NCBI GenBank assembly: GCA_964438295.1
Contig: CAYTKR010000011.1
Coordinates: forward strand, 2,782 to 66,781
Reading direction: 5' to 3'
From: an uncultured Anaerolineales bacterium
GTDB lineage: Bacteria; Chloroflexota; Anaerolineae; Anaerolineales; UBA11858
Length of the DNA stretch: 64,000 nucleotides
Position 1 is the stretch's first letter. The number at the start of each line of letters is the position of its first letter. A model generated the notes under the pieces. The model ran no database searches, had not been told where the DNA came from, and saw only the letters and a program-made list of their open reading frames with translations. The position numbers were made by a program, and so were the translations under genes. Shown piece by piece: positions 40,342-48,936 of this stretch.

Positions 40342-41601
40342 TTACGCAAGAAGCCGCCAGGAGTGATCGATCAAGAATTCACCGTCTTTAGGGTGTTCAG
40401 GCTGCTGTACGGAATAGTACGCCCCGATCGACACATCGATCTGAATGGCCTTGGTTACCCGATCCGCCTTTACACCATCAATATCCGCACCCAGATCAAC
40501 AAAATACCTGCCCTCCCTCAATGGGAAGCGCGGAATATGTAGAGCGATTTGTCCTTGTGAAGGCAAGTTCTCCAGATCCTCCCCAGTGAACACGCTGCTC
40601 AGGCTCACCAGGCACTTTCCGAAAGCATCACAAATCCAAAAATGGATCGATGTCCGGCCAGAAATGTCGCCCTCTGCCTGGTAGCTAAGCACCAGATCGA
40701 CAGGCTCTCCTGTGACTGCAGCAGTCAATGGAGAACCATTTTGACTGCGGATCTGGAATTCTGTAAATTGCAATCGCCCATCGCCACCGCGATCTTCACG
40801 CAATGCTAGGTTGGTCTTGGTTTCATCGAGCTGGCCGGCCATGGCCAAATATTCCTGGACAACTTCATGTACTGGACCATCCGCTTGCACCTGCCCCTGT
40901 TCGAGCCAAACACCGCGCTTACATAAGGATGTGATCGCGCCCATATTGTGACTGACGAAAACCACCGTCCGCCCCCCTTCTGCGACCTCACCCATTTTCC
41001 CTAAACACTTTTTCTGGAAGGCGGCATCCCCAACAGCCAGCACCTCATCAACCAATAAAATTTCCGGGTCCAAATGGGCCGCTACAGCAAAGGCCAGCCT
41101 GACAGCCATACCACTCGAGTAACGCTTAATGGGCGTCTCGATATACTTGCTCACTCCCGAGAACTCAACTATCTGATCGAATTTCTTGTCGATCTCAGAT
41201 TTTCTCATCCCTAAGATCGCGCCGCTTAAATAAATATTCTCTCGGCCGGTCAGCTCGGTATGAAATCCAGTACCCACTTCAAGCAAGGAACCAACCCTAC
41301 CAAAAATATCTGCATATCCTGAACTGGGCTCTGTGATGCGAGAGAGCACTTTCAGCAGTGTGCTTTTGCCAGCCCCATTGCGGCCAATCAAGCCTATTAC
41401 CTCACCCGTACCGACATTGAAGGAGACATCTTTCAAGGCCCAAACCTCTTGCTTGGCCGTAGTTCTCCCTCTGCGCAGCGGACGTTTCGCGAGACCCACT
41501 AAATCTTCCTGCAAGGTGCGCGTAGAAGCACTCCCTGTAGAGGGGTCAATCCGATACACTTTACTCAAATCGTTGATGCTAATCGCAATATCATTCATCA
41601 A
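40342..41601 (-). CDS. wzt: Polysaccharide ABC transporter ATP-binding protein with Wzt_C domain (copy 2)
   Basis: GRNGAGKST, YSSGM, DEVLAVGD and C-terminal extension. Confidence 0.93.
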   Translation of the reverse strand: MMNDIAISINDLSKVYRIDPSTGSASTRTLQEDLVGLAKRPLRRGRTTAKQEVWALKDVSFNVGTGEVIGLIGRNGAGKSTLLKVLSRITEPSSGYADIFGRVGSLLEVGTGFHTELTGRENIYLSGAILGMRKSEIDKKFDQIVEFSGVSKYIETPIKRYSSGMAVRLAFAVAAHLDPEILLVDEVLAVGDAAFQKKCLGKMGEVAEGGRTVVFVSHNMGAITSLCKRGVWLEQGQVQADGPVHEVVQEYLAMAGQLDETKTNLALREDRGGDGRLQFTEFQIRSQNGSPLTAAVTGEPVDLVLSYQAEGDISGRTSIHFWICDAFGKCLVSLSSVFTGEDLENLPSQGQIALHIPRFPLREGRYFVDLGADIDGVKADRVTKAIQIDVSIGAYYSVQQPEHPKDGEFLIDHSWRLLA

Positions 41602-42458
41602 ATCACATCTGCAAAACCACGCTCAATTCGACGGAATACCAAAGCACCAAAAAGGAAAACAAAAAATCCAACCGCCGATGAGATCCCAAAAGATATCCAC
41701 GAGAATTCCCCCTGACCTAATAATGCCCAGCGGAAGCCCTCGATCACCCCAACCATAGGATTCAACGAATAGAGCACAGCCCACTCTTCGGGCACAATGC
41801 TGCTGGCATAGGCCACAGGCGAAGCATACATCCATGCCTGGATCAAAAAGGGCAGGGCATAGATAAAATCTCGGTAATGCACACTGAAGGCCGAAACCCA
41901 AAAACTGACTCCTACAGCGATGAGCATGTTCACCAAAACCAGCCCAGGGATTGCTAAAAGATTCCAGGTCAGCGGAACTTGGTAAATCAACAATAAAACG
42001 CTGATGGATGCCAAGCCAACCAGAAAATCTACCAGCACCGAGAAAGAACTGGCAATTGGCAAGATCAAACGCGGAAAATAGATCTTCGAAATCATCTCCC
42101 TGCCGCTGACCAGGCTGCTGCCCGCCCGTTGCAGCGATTGGGCAAACAAGGTCCAAGGCAACGTACCCGCAAAAGCAAATAACAAATATGGCGAATCGTC
42201 CGATGGCAAATCGGCCAAAACCCCAAAAATAAGCGCGAAAATCCCCGATGTCAGAATAGGCTGCAAAAGCACCCAGGTCACTCCTAGGGCAGTCTGCTTA
42301 TAGCGCAATTTCACATCCCGCCAGGCGAGGATCCAAAACAAGTCGCGGTACGACCAGAGCTCCCTCAGGCTTATTCCCGACCAGCCGCGCGAACGCTGAA
42401 CTCTCACATGCCAAGCGGCACTTGCTTTTGTACTAAGCTTTGCGGTTGAACTTTTCAC
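41598..42458 (-). CDS. wzm: Polysaccharide ABC transporter permease (copy 2)
   Basis: RDVKLRYKQTALG, KIYFPR, LNPM, FADVI. GTG start at 42458; the longer ORF start reads through a palindrome. Confidence 0.9.
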   Translation of the reverse strand: MKSSTAKLSTKASAAWHVRVQRSRGWSGISLRELWSYRDLFWILAWRDVKLRYKQTALGVTWVLLQPILTSGIFALIFGVLADLPSDDSPYLLFAFAGTLPWTLFAQSLQRAGSSLVSGREMISKIYFPRLILPIASSFSVLVDFLVGLASISVLLLIYQVPLTWNLLAIPGLVLVNMLIAVGVSFWVSAFSVHYRDFIYALPFLIQAWMYASPVAYASSIVPEEWAVLYSLNPMVGVIEGFRWALLGQGEFSWISFGISSAVGFFVFLFGALVFRRIERGFADVI

Positions 42459-42484
42459 CGAGTTGAAACCTTTTTGATCAAGCC

Positions 42485-42533
42485 CGAAACAGGGGTGTGT
42501 GGGGCGCGAAGCGCTCCACACACCCCTGTTTCG
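42485..42533. repeat. 23-bp palindrome with GCGAAGC core
   Basis: cgaaacaggggtgtgtggggcgc-GAA-gcgctccacacacccctgtttcg (one G.T). Confidence 0.85.
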
Positions 42534-42548
42534 ACATATTTTCATTGA

Positions 42549-42632
42549 ATTCTGTCACGAAGGCGAAGGGCTGTCAAGTGAATAACCGCGTTGTCTCGCC
42601 GGCTTGACAAACCCATCAGCTACTGGGAGAAT
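42549..42632. promoter_or_regulatory. Back-to-back divergent sigma70-type promoters
   Basis: Minus strand: TTGACA(42577-72)-N17-CAGAAT(42554-49) with TGn. Plus strand: TTGACA(42604-09)-N17-GAGAAT(42627-32) with TGn. Confidence 0.6.
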
Positions 42633-42664
42633 CCAGCCGAACACTCGACGAAATGGATGAACAT

Positions 42665-43399
42665 ATGAAATTTGCGATTACAATCGAAGCTCGAATGCGC
42701 TCATCACGCCTGCCTGGGAAAGTTCTCAAGCCAATTTTGGGCAAACCCATGTTAGCCTTGATGATCGAGCGCTTGCAGCAAGCCCGCACCGTAGATGACG
42801 TAATCCTTGCCACTACTGTCAATCCTTCTGATGATCCGATCATCGAGTTGGCGCAGGAACTCAAAATCAGTTATTTCCGAGGCAGCGAAGAAGATGTATT
42901 AGCACGCGTCCTGGGGGCTGCTAGAGAGCATAATGTTGATGTGATCGTCGAAACCACGGGGGATTGCCCCCTGATCGACCCAGGGATCCTAGACAAAGTT
43001 GTCTCTGATTACCGCATCGGTGGCGCAGATTTTGTCAGTAACACGCTTGAATATACAACTCCAGTAGGAACAGATGTGCGCGTATTCTCCACCGCGGCTT
43101 TAGCTGAAATCGATAGGACTTCAGATGATCCAGCAGACCGTGAACACGTATCTCTGCATTTTTGGGAACATCCCGAAAAATACACCCTCCGCAATGTACG
43201 CACCGAATTACCATCAGAGGTTGCCGAGCTGCGCCTGACTGTTGACACGCCCGAGGATTTCGAACTCATCCGCCAGGTGTATGAGCATCTCTACCCAGAA
43301 AACCCCAAATTCACCCTGACCGATATCTTCGAACTCTTCCAGCGCAGCCCAGAGCTCTCTGAGATCAACCAGCATATCCAACAAAAGGCTGTCCGCTAA
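42665..43399 (+). CDS. spsF: SpsF-like cytidylyltransferase (copy 2)
   Basis: IEARMRSSRLPGKVL, RGSEEDVL, TGDCP, REHVS, LTVDTPED. Confidence 0.85.
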   Translation: MKFAITIEARMRSSRLPGKVLKPILGKPMLALMIERLQQARTVDDVILATTVNPSDDPIIELAQELKISYFRGSEEDVLARVLGAAREHNVDVIVETTGDCPLIDPGILDKVVSDYRIGGADFVSNTLEYTTPVGTDVRVFSTAALAEIDRTSDDPADREHVSLHFWEHPEKYTLRNVRTELPSEVAELRLTVDTPEDFELIRQVYEHLYPENPKFTLTDIFELFQRSPELSEINQHIQQKAVR

Positions 43400-43401
43400 T
43401 T

Positions 43402-44400
43402 ATGAAAACTCTCCGCGCTGGGATCATCGGCTGCGGCAAAATAGCCAGCGATTTTGCAGACGATCCCAAAATGCTGGGGGATATCTTTTCGCACGCCGAG
43501 GCTTATTTTCAACACCCTATCACAGAACTGGCTGCTATTTGCGATCTTGACGAAAATCAGTTGAGAAAATGCGGGCAGCGGTGGGGTGTCGAGGCACGCT
43601 ATCAAGACGTTGGGGAGATGTTGAAATCTGAACACCTCGACATCATCAGCGTTTGTACCCCTGACAACACACATTATGCAATTCTCAGAGAAGTACTGAC
43701 TGCCCCCCAAACTCTCAAAGCTGTTCTTTCTGAGAAGCCCCTGGCTGCCACCGTCGAACAGGCGAATGAGTTGATCACCGTTGCCCAACAGCAAGATGTC
43801 ATCTTAGGCGTTATCTATCTGCGGCGCTTTGCCAGAAATATGCAAGCGGTATACAAATTTGTCAAAGCTGGCCACCTGGGAGACATTCAAGCCGTTGCTG
43901 GGTGGTACACCAAAGGTATTCGTCATAATGGTTCCCATTGGATCGATTTGTGTCGATATCTTGTAGGCGAAGTTGACTGGGTGCATGCCTGGGATCGCAT
44001 CCAAGATCATCCGGAGGATCCTACTCTGGATGTCCAGTTGGGGCTAGAAAATGGAGTTCTGGCTACTCTTCGAGCTGTTGATGCCGATTTCTACACCATC
44101 TTCGAGATGGAAATCCTGGGAAGCCTGGGGCGGTTGCGCTTGACCGACTCTGGTTATGTGGTTGAATACAGCCACGCCGCGACAAGCAAACGCTATAGCG
44201 GATATAGAGAACTCGAAGATATTCCTAAGGATTTTGGCGATCGCAAAGATGTCATGTACCACGCCGTTGATAACCTCGTGAACGCGATCCAAACCGGGGC
44301 TCCCGTAGCCTGTAGCGGAGAAGATGGTTTGGCAGCCATCCAAATTACAGGTGCGGCAATAGAATCATCTCGGCACGGGAAAAAGGTCACACTCAGCTAG
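43402..44400 (+). CDS. Gfo/Idh/MocA family oxidoreductase
   Basis: GIIGCGKIA, VCTPD..H, SEKP, HNGSHWID. Confidence 0.9.
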   Translation: MKTLRAGIIGCGKIASDFADDPKMLGDIFSHAEAYFQHPITELAAICDLDENQLRKCGQRWGVEARYQDVGEMLKSEHLDIISVCTPDNTHYAILREVLTAPQTLKAVLSEKPLAATVEQANELITVAQQQDVILGVIYLRRFARNMQAVYKFVKAGHLGDIQAVAGWYTKGIRHNGSHWIDLCRYLVGEVDWVHAWDRIQDHPEDPTLDVQLGLENGVLATLRAVDADFYTIFEMEILGSLGRLRLTDSGYVVEYSHAATSKRYSGYRELEDIPKDFGDRKDVMYHAVDNLVNAIQTGAPVACSGEDGLAAIQITGAAIESSRHGKKVTLS

Positions 44401-44431
44401 GAACACGATTCCTAGAAGGAACTGTGTTCCT
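44399..44431. repeat. Imperfect 15-bp hairpin
   Basis: aggaacacgattcct-AGA-aggaactgtgttcct (2 mismatches). Confidence 0.5.
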
Positions 44432-44445
44432 GTTCCTACCTGTCT

Positions 44446-45594
44446 ATGAAAAAAGCCCACTCTCTTCCCACAATTATCGCCCTCTGTGGAGACCCCGGAG
44501 GCGCCAGTGCTGTTGGTCCGGTAATAAAACGATTGCAATCCGAACAGCAAGTTCAAGTGGAAGTGTTGGCCTACAACGAAGCCGCGCAAATCTGGGACAA
44601 CCTGGGGATTGGGTACAAGGTGCTTTCCGGTGAAATCACAACTGAAGAGATTTTGGCGTATCTCGAGAAACCAAACATTAAGCTGCTGTTTACGGGCACT
44701 TCAGTCAATCCCATCGAGTTGGAAAAAAAGTTTATCGCTGAGGCAACAAAAATTGGGCTGCCTTCATTAGCGTTGCTCGATTTTTGGCTCAACTATGGCG
44801 CACGTTTCAGCAATCTCGCTGGAGAACTGGCTCATTTACCTGACAAAATCGCCGTTATGGACGCCCTGGCCCGGGAAGAGATGATCCATGAAGGCTTCGA
44901 ACCCTCCCGATTGGTCATCACTGGTCAACCCACCTTCGATGATCTAGCCGACTGGCGGGCGCAGTTCTCCCCCAAAATTCGGGATGAAATTCGCACGAAT
45001 ATCGGCATCCAGCCGGATGAATTATTCGTTCTATTCCCATCTCAGCCGCAATCATCACTCTATGGTGATGACAAGATCAACGGCAACCACATCGGTTTCG
45101 ATGAATGGGATGTGCTCGAAGCGTTGATCGAAGCCTTAGAAGGAATTCAGCATGGTAGCAACGCCAAAATCCACCTGGTCGTGCGCCCCCACCCCAGGGA
45201 ATCCATTGAGCCTTTTCAGAATTTCCACAGTGACCTGATCGCTATAACTGTGAGCACCGAAGGGGGCGCGCGCAATCAAGTCATGTCCGCCGATTTGGTG
45301 GTAGGCATGAACACAGAACTCCTGGTGGAAGCCTGCTATTTGGGATGTATCTCCTTGAGTTTGCAACCTGGACTGCGCCACCCCGATAAACTCCCGACCA
45401 ATCGTGTTGGTGTCAGCCGAGCGGTCTATCGCTACGAGGATATCCGACCAGCCTTGAGCGAGCTGCTCTTCGATGAAGATATCCGCCAGGAAATGCGGGA
45501 TAAATTGGTCAACTATAAACATGAAGCGCAGGCAGCCGAGAAGGTCGCTCAACTGATCTATGATATGATCCACAAGTCCAAGATCCTATCCTAA
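44446..45594 (+). CDS. GT-B fold protein (glycosyltransferase or nucleotide-sugar hydrolase-like)
   Basis: DPGGA, LDFWLNY, PD.I.V.D, TGQP, VRPHPRE, VGMNTELLVEA. Confidence 0.6.
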   Translation: MKKAHSLPTIIALCGDPGGASAVGPVIKRLQSEQQVQVEVLAYNEAAQIWDNLGIGYKVLSGEITTEEILAYLEKPNIKLLFTGTSVNPIELEKKFIAEATKIGLPSLALLDFWLNYGARFSNLAGELAHLPDKIAVMDALAREEMIHEGFEPSRLVITGQPTFDDLADWRAQFSPKIRDEIRTNIGIQPDELFVLFPSQPQSSLYGDDKINGNHIGFDEWDVLEALIEALEGIQHGSNAKIHLVVRPHPRESIEPFQNFHSDLIAITVSTEGGARNQVMSADLVVGMNTELLVEACYLGCISLSLQPGLRHPDKLPTNRVGVSRAVYRYEDIRPALSELLFDEDIRQEMRDKLVNYKHEAQAAEKVAQLIYDMIHKSKILS

Positions 45595-45604
45595 GAAACA
45601 GGTC

Positions 45605-45653
45605 AGGAAAAGGAGTGCGCAGGGGGCTACACCCCCTGCGCACTCCTTTTCCT
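45605..45653. repeat. Perfect 22-bp intergenic palindrome
   Basis: aggaaaaggagtgcgcaggggg-CTACA-ccccctgcgcactccttttcct. Confidence 0.88.
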
Positions 45654-45726
45654 AAATCTCTCATTCAGTGAATCAACGATTTCAGAATATAATTCTTACT
45701 CAGAGTAAAACGTACTGAGGTGTACT

Positions 45727-47007
45727 ATGTCAAAATTGGCCATCCATGGTGGTGAACCGCTGCGAAAAGACCCCTTTCCAACCTATCATTCGATCGGAGA
45801 AGACGAGAAGCGAGCCGTTCTGAAAGTATTGGATAGCCATGTGCTTTCCGACTACCTGGGAACCTGGTCAGATAAATTCTACGGGGGCGAAAGAGTGCGC
45901 GCCTTAGAGGCAGACTGGGCGGAGTATTTCGAAGTCAAACACGCCATCAGCGTGAATTCGGCCACATCAGGGCTATATGCTGCTACTGGGGCAGCCGGCG
46001 TGGGCCCTGGGGATGAGGTCATTGTTGCGCCTTACACCATGATCGCCTCGGCAACCGCGGCACTGGTTTACGGCGGTATCCCCGTTTTTGCTGACATCGA
46101 CCCAGACATTTTCTGCATCTCGCCCGAATCCATTCGAGAGCGTATCACACCTTACACCAAAGCCATCATCGTCGTCGATTTGTTTGGCCACCCCGCAGAT
46201 ATGGACGAGATCATGCAGATCGCTGCCGAAAACAAACTGACTGTCATAGAAGACGCAGCCCAAGCCCCCGGAGCACTTTATCACGGGCGAAAAGTTGGCA
46301 CGCTGGCAGATATGGGCGTATTCAGCCTGAATTACCATAAAACCATTCATACTGGCGAAGGCGGCATCGTTGTCACCGATGACGATGATCTGGCAGAACG
46401 CGTAAGGCTCATTCGGAACCATGCCGAAGTCGTGGTGGGGGATAAAGGCACAGAAAATTTGGTCAACATGGTTGGCTTCAACTACAGAATGACCGAGATC
46501 GAAGCCGCAATCGGTCGGGAGCAGTTGAAGAAATTGGAAAGTCTGCTGATCCCCCGTATCGAGGCTGCAGATTTCCTGACAGAACGCTTACCGAGCTTCC
46601 CCGGAATCCAAACTCCGCTGGTAAAACCGGGGGTTCGACATGGCTACTATCTCTATTCGATCAAATATGACCAATCAAAAACTGGCGTACCGCGTGAAAC
46701 GTTCGTGTCCGCGCTGAATGCAGAAGGTATTCCAATGGTTTCAGGGTATGTCAAGCCCATCTACCTAGAGCCCATCTACCAGAATAGGATCGCTTTTGGC
46801 GAGGATGGCTATCCCTTTACCTATCCTGGGTACAAAGGGAACGTCAGTTACGAGAAGGGTATCTGCCCCGTGGTGGAACGAATGCACTACGAAGAATTAA
46901 TGTTCACCAATATCTGCCATGCCGGAATTGAACCGGGTGATTTGGAAGATGTCGTCACTGCATTCCACAAGCTGTATGACAACTTGGATGATTTGAAGGA
47001 GTCATGA
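45727..47007 (+). CDS. DegT/DnrJ/EryC1/StrS family aminotransferase
   Basis: NSATSGL, EDAAQA, FSLNYHKTIHTGEGG (PLP Lys), GFNYRM. Confidence 0.93.
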   Translation: MSKLAIHGGEPLRKDPFPTYHSIGEDEKRAVLKVLDSHVLSDYLGTWSDKFYGGERVRALEADWAEYFEVKHAISVNSATSGLYAATGAAGVGPGDEVIVAPYTMIASATAALVYGGIPVFADIDPDIFCISPESIRERITPYTKAIIVVDLFGHPADMDEIMQIAAENKLTVIEDAAQAPGALYHGRKVGTLADMGVFSLNYHKTIHTGEGGIVVTDDDDLAERVRLIRNHAEVVVGDKGTENLVNMVGFNYRMTEIEAAIGREQLKKLESLLIPRIEAADFLTERLPSFPGIQTPLVKPGVRHGYYLYSIKYDQSKTGVPRETFVSALNAEGIPMVSGYVKPIYLEPIYQNRIAFGEDGYPFTYPGYKGNVSYEKGICPVVERMHYEELMFTNICHAGIEPGDLEDVVTAFHKLYDNLDDLKES

Positions 47008-47573
47008 TGAGCACAGCCTCTGCCCCCTTTTTAGTCGGTGATAAGGTATACTTGCGAGCCTTAGCTGAGACGGATGCCGAAGGGCCCTATGCTGCCTGGT
47101 TTAATGACGAGGAGGTCTGCCAGGGGAACTCGCACCATGTTTTCCCTTACACACCACAAGCGGCTCGAGATTACATCGAATATGCCGCGGGGACGCGCGA
47201 TGCCCTGGTATTGGCCGTTGTCACAAAAGATGACCATAAACATATCGGCAACATCGCCCTGCAGAAGATCCACCCCATATACCACTCAGCGGAATTTTCT
47301 ATCGTGATAGGTGATAAATCTGCCTGGGGTAAAGGTTATGGCAAAGAGGCCGGGCGCTTGATTTGCGATCACGGCTTTCGAAGCCTGAATCTGCACAGAA
47401 TCTACTGCGGCACCTTCGAAAACAATATCGCCATGCAACGGCTGGCAGCCTACCTGGGAATGAAACAAGAAGGAGTTCGCCGACAGGCTGCTTTCAAAGA
47501 TGGTAAATATCTAAATATCATCGAATATGGTGTTCTGAAAGACGAATTCGAAAATCATTGGGCTCCGAAGTAG
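47004..47573 (+). CDS. GNAT (RimJ/RimL-like) N-acetyltransferase
   Basis: HIGNI, IGDK..WGKGYG, LNLHRI, N.AM..L...LGM..EG. Confidence 0.9.
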   Translation: MMSTASAPFLVGDKVYLRALAETDAEGPYAAWFNDEEVCQGNSHHVFPYTPQAARDYIEYAAGTRDALVLAVVTKDDHKHIGNIALQKIHPIYHSAEFSIVIGDKSAWGKGYGKEAGRLICDHGFRSLNLHRIYCGTFENNIAMQRLAAYLGMKQEGVRRQAAFKDGKYLNIIEYGVLKDEFENHWAPK

Positions 47574-47637
47574 CCAATCGAAAAATCGACACAAACATTC
47601 TGTGAGTCTTTGGAAAATAGGTGCCGATTGAAGTCAC

Positions 47638-47691
47638 CGCCGGAATATATAGGGGTGGGGGCTTCGCCCTCCACCCCTATATATTCCGGCG
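47638..47691. repeat. 25-bp palindrome with GCTTCGC core
   Basis: cgccggaatatataggggtgggggc-TTC-gccctccacccctatatattccggcg (1-nt bulge). Confidence 0.85.
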
Positions 47692-47753
47692 TAACATCTG
47701 TTCGTAACCTGTTTCAGTAAAGACATGAAATCAAAATAAAGGTTAAAAAAACC

Positions 47754-48920
47754 ATGGATTACGAAGGTTATGGAAAACCTCTTTTCAGAGATATGAAATA
47801 TTGCACGCGCTGCTGCATGCCTGAGTCGAATGAAGGCATCAAGTTCGATGAAATGGGTATCTGCCAGGCCTGCCAATCTGCAGAGCAAAAGATCCACATC
47901 GATTGGACAGAGCGAGAAAAGCAGCTACGTGAACTGCTGGATCACTATAAAAGCCTCGACAACGATTACGATTGCATTGTGCCGATCAGCGGCGGGAAAG
48001 ACAGCACCTTCCAACTGCATGTGATCACACAAGTCTACAACATGCGCGCCTTGGCGGTGACTTTCAGCCACAACTGGTACAGTGAAACGGGCAAGAAAAA
48101 TCTCGAAAATGCCATCGAAAAATTCAACGTTGATCACATTATGTTCACCCCCAACCGCAATTTGATCAACAAAGTCGCCCGACAATCGCTCTTCAAGATC
48201 GGGGATGCCTGTTGGCATTGTCACGCCGGGGTGGGCGCTTTTCCACTGCAAATCGCGGTGAAATACCGCATCCCGCTACTCATCTGGGGCGAATCCATCG
48301 CCGAGATGTCAGGGAGAGCTACCCATTACGATCCAGTTCTCAGGTTCGACCGCGATTACTTCACCAAAGTTTCTGCCAAAGTGTATCCAGAACAAATGGT
48401 GAGCGATTACATCAATTTGCGTGAATTAGCACCCTTCAAATTGCCCAGCTACGAAGAAATCGAAGAGGTCGGCGTCATCGGCATCCACCTAGGTGACTAC
48501 ATTTTTTGGGATGATGAGCGCCAAATGGAGTTCGTGCGCGATGTCTACGATTGGGAAGAGGACGTCGTCGAGGGCACGTACAAACAATACAAGAGCGTAG
48601 AATGCATTATGCCCGGCGTCCACGACTATACTAAATTCCTCAAGCGCGGCTTCGGCCGTGGCACCGATCACGCCAGCGCCGATGTACGCGCTGGTTTGCT
48701 GACGCGCGAAGAAGGAATGGAATTAGCCAAAAAACACGATACCGAACGCCCAGATGCCCTGGATTATTATCTCGAGATCACCGGGTTAACCGAAGAAGAA
48801 TTCCATGATGTGATGCGTCACCACCGCAATTCGCTGGAAATCGAAGCCCTCTCGGACGAGAAAATCTTCCAGGCTGTTGAAGAATATCGTCAGGCTCAGG
48901 CAGCCTCCGCAGACGAATAA
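47754..48920 (+). CDS. N-acetyl sugar amidotransferase (WbuX/WbpG/PseA family)
   Basis: CTRC...GICQAC, YDCIVPISGGKDS PP-loop, IWGE, HDY.KF.K.GFGR. Confidence 0.9.
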   Translation: MDYEGYGKPLFRDMKYCTRCCMPESNEGIKFDEMGICQACQSAEQKIHIDWTEREKQLRELLDHYKSLDNDYDCIVPISGGKDSTFQLHVITQVYNMRALAVTFSHNWYSETGKKNLENAIEKFNVDHIMFTPNRNLINKVARQSLFKIGDACWHCHAGVGAFPLQIAVKYRIPLLIWGESIAEMSGRATHYDPVLRFDRDYFTKVSAKVYPEQMVSDYINLRELAPFKLPSYEEIEEVGVIGIHLGDYIFWDDERQMEFVRDVYDWEEDVVEGTYKQYKSVECIMPGVHDYTKFLKRGFGRGTDHASADVRAGLLTREEGMELAKKHDTERPDALDYYLEITGLTEEEFHDVMRHHRNSLEIEALSDEKIFQAVEEYRQAQAASADE

Positions 48921-48936
48921 TTTGCCCTACTCCATA

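Noticed and set aside
42459-42545. N-terminal extension of wzm copy 2
   Set aside because: It translates the palindrome and begins just downstream of the predicted -10. The paralog length supports GTG 42458.
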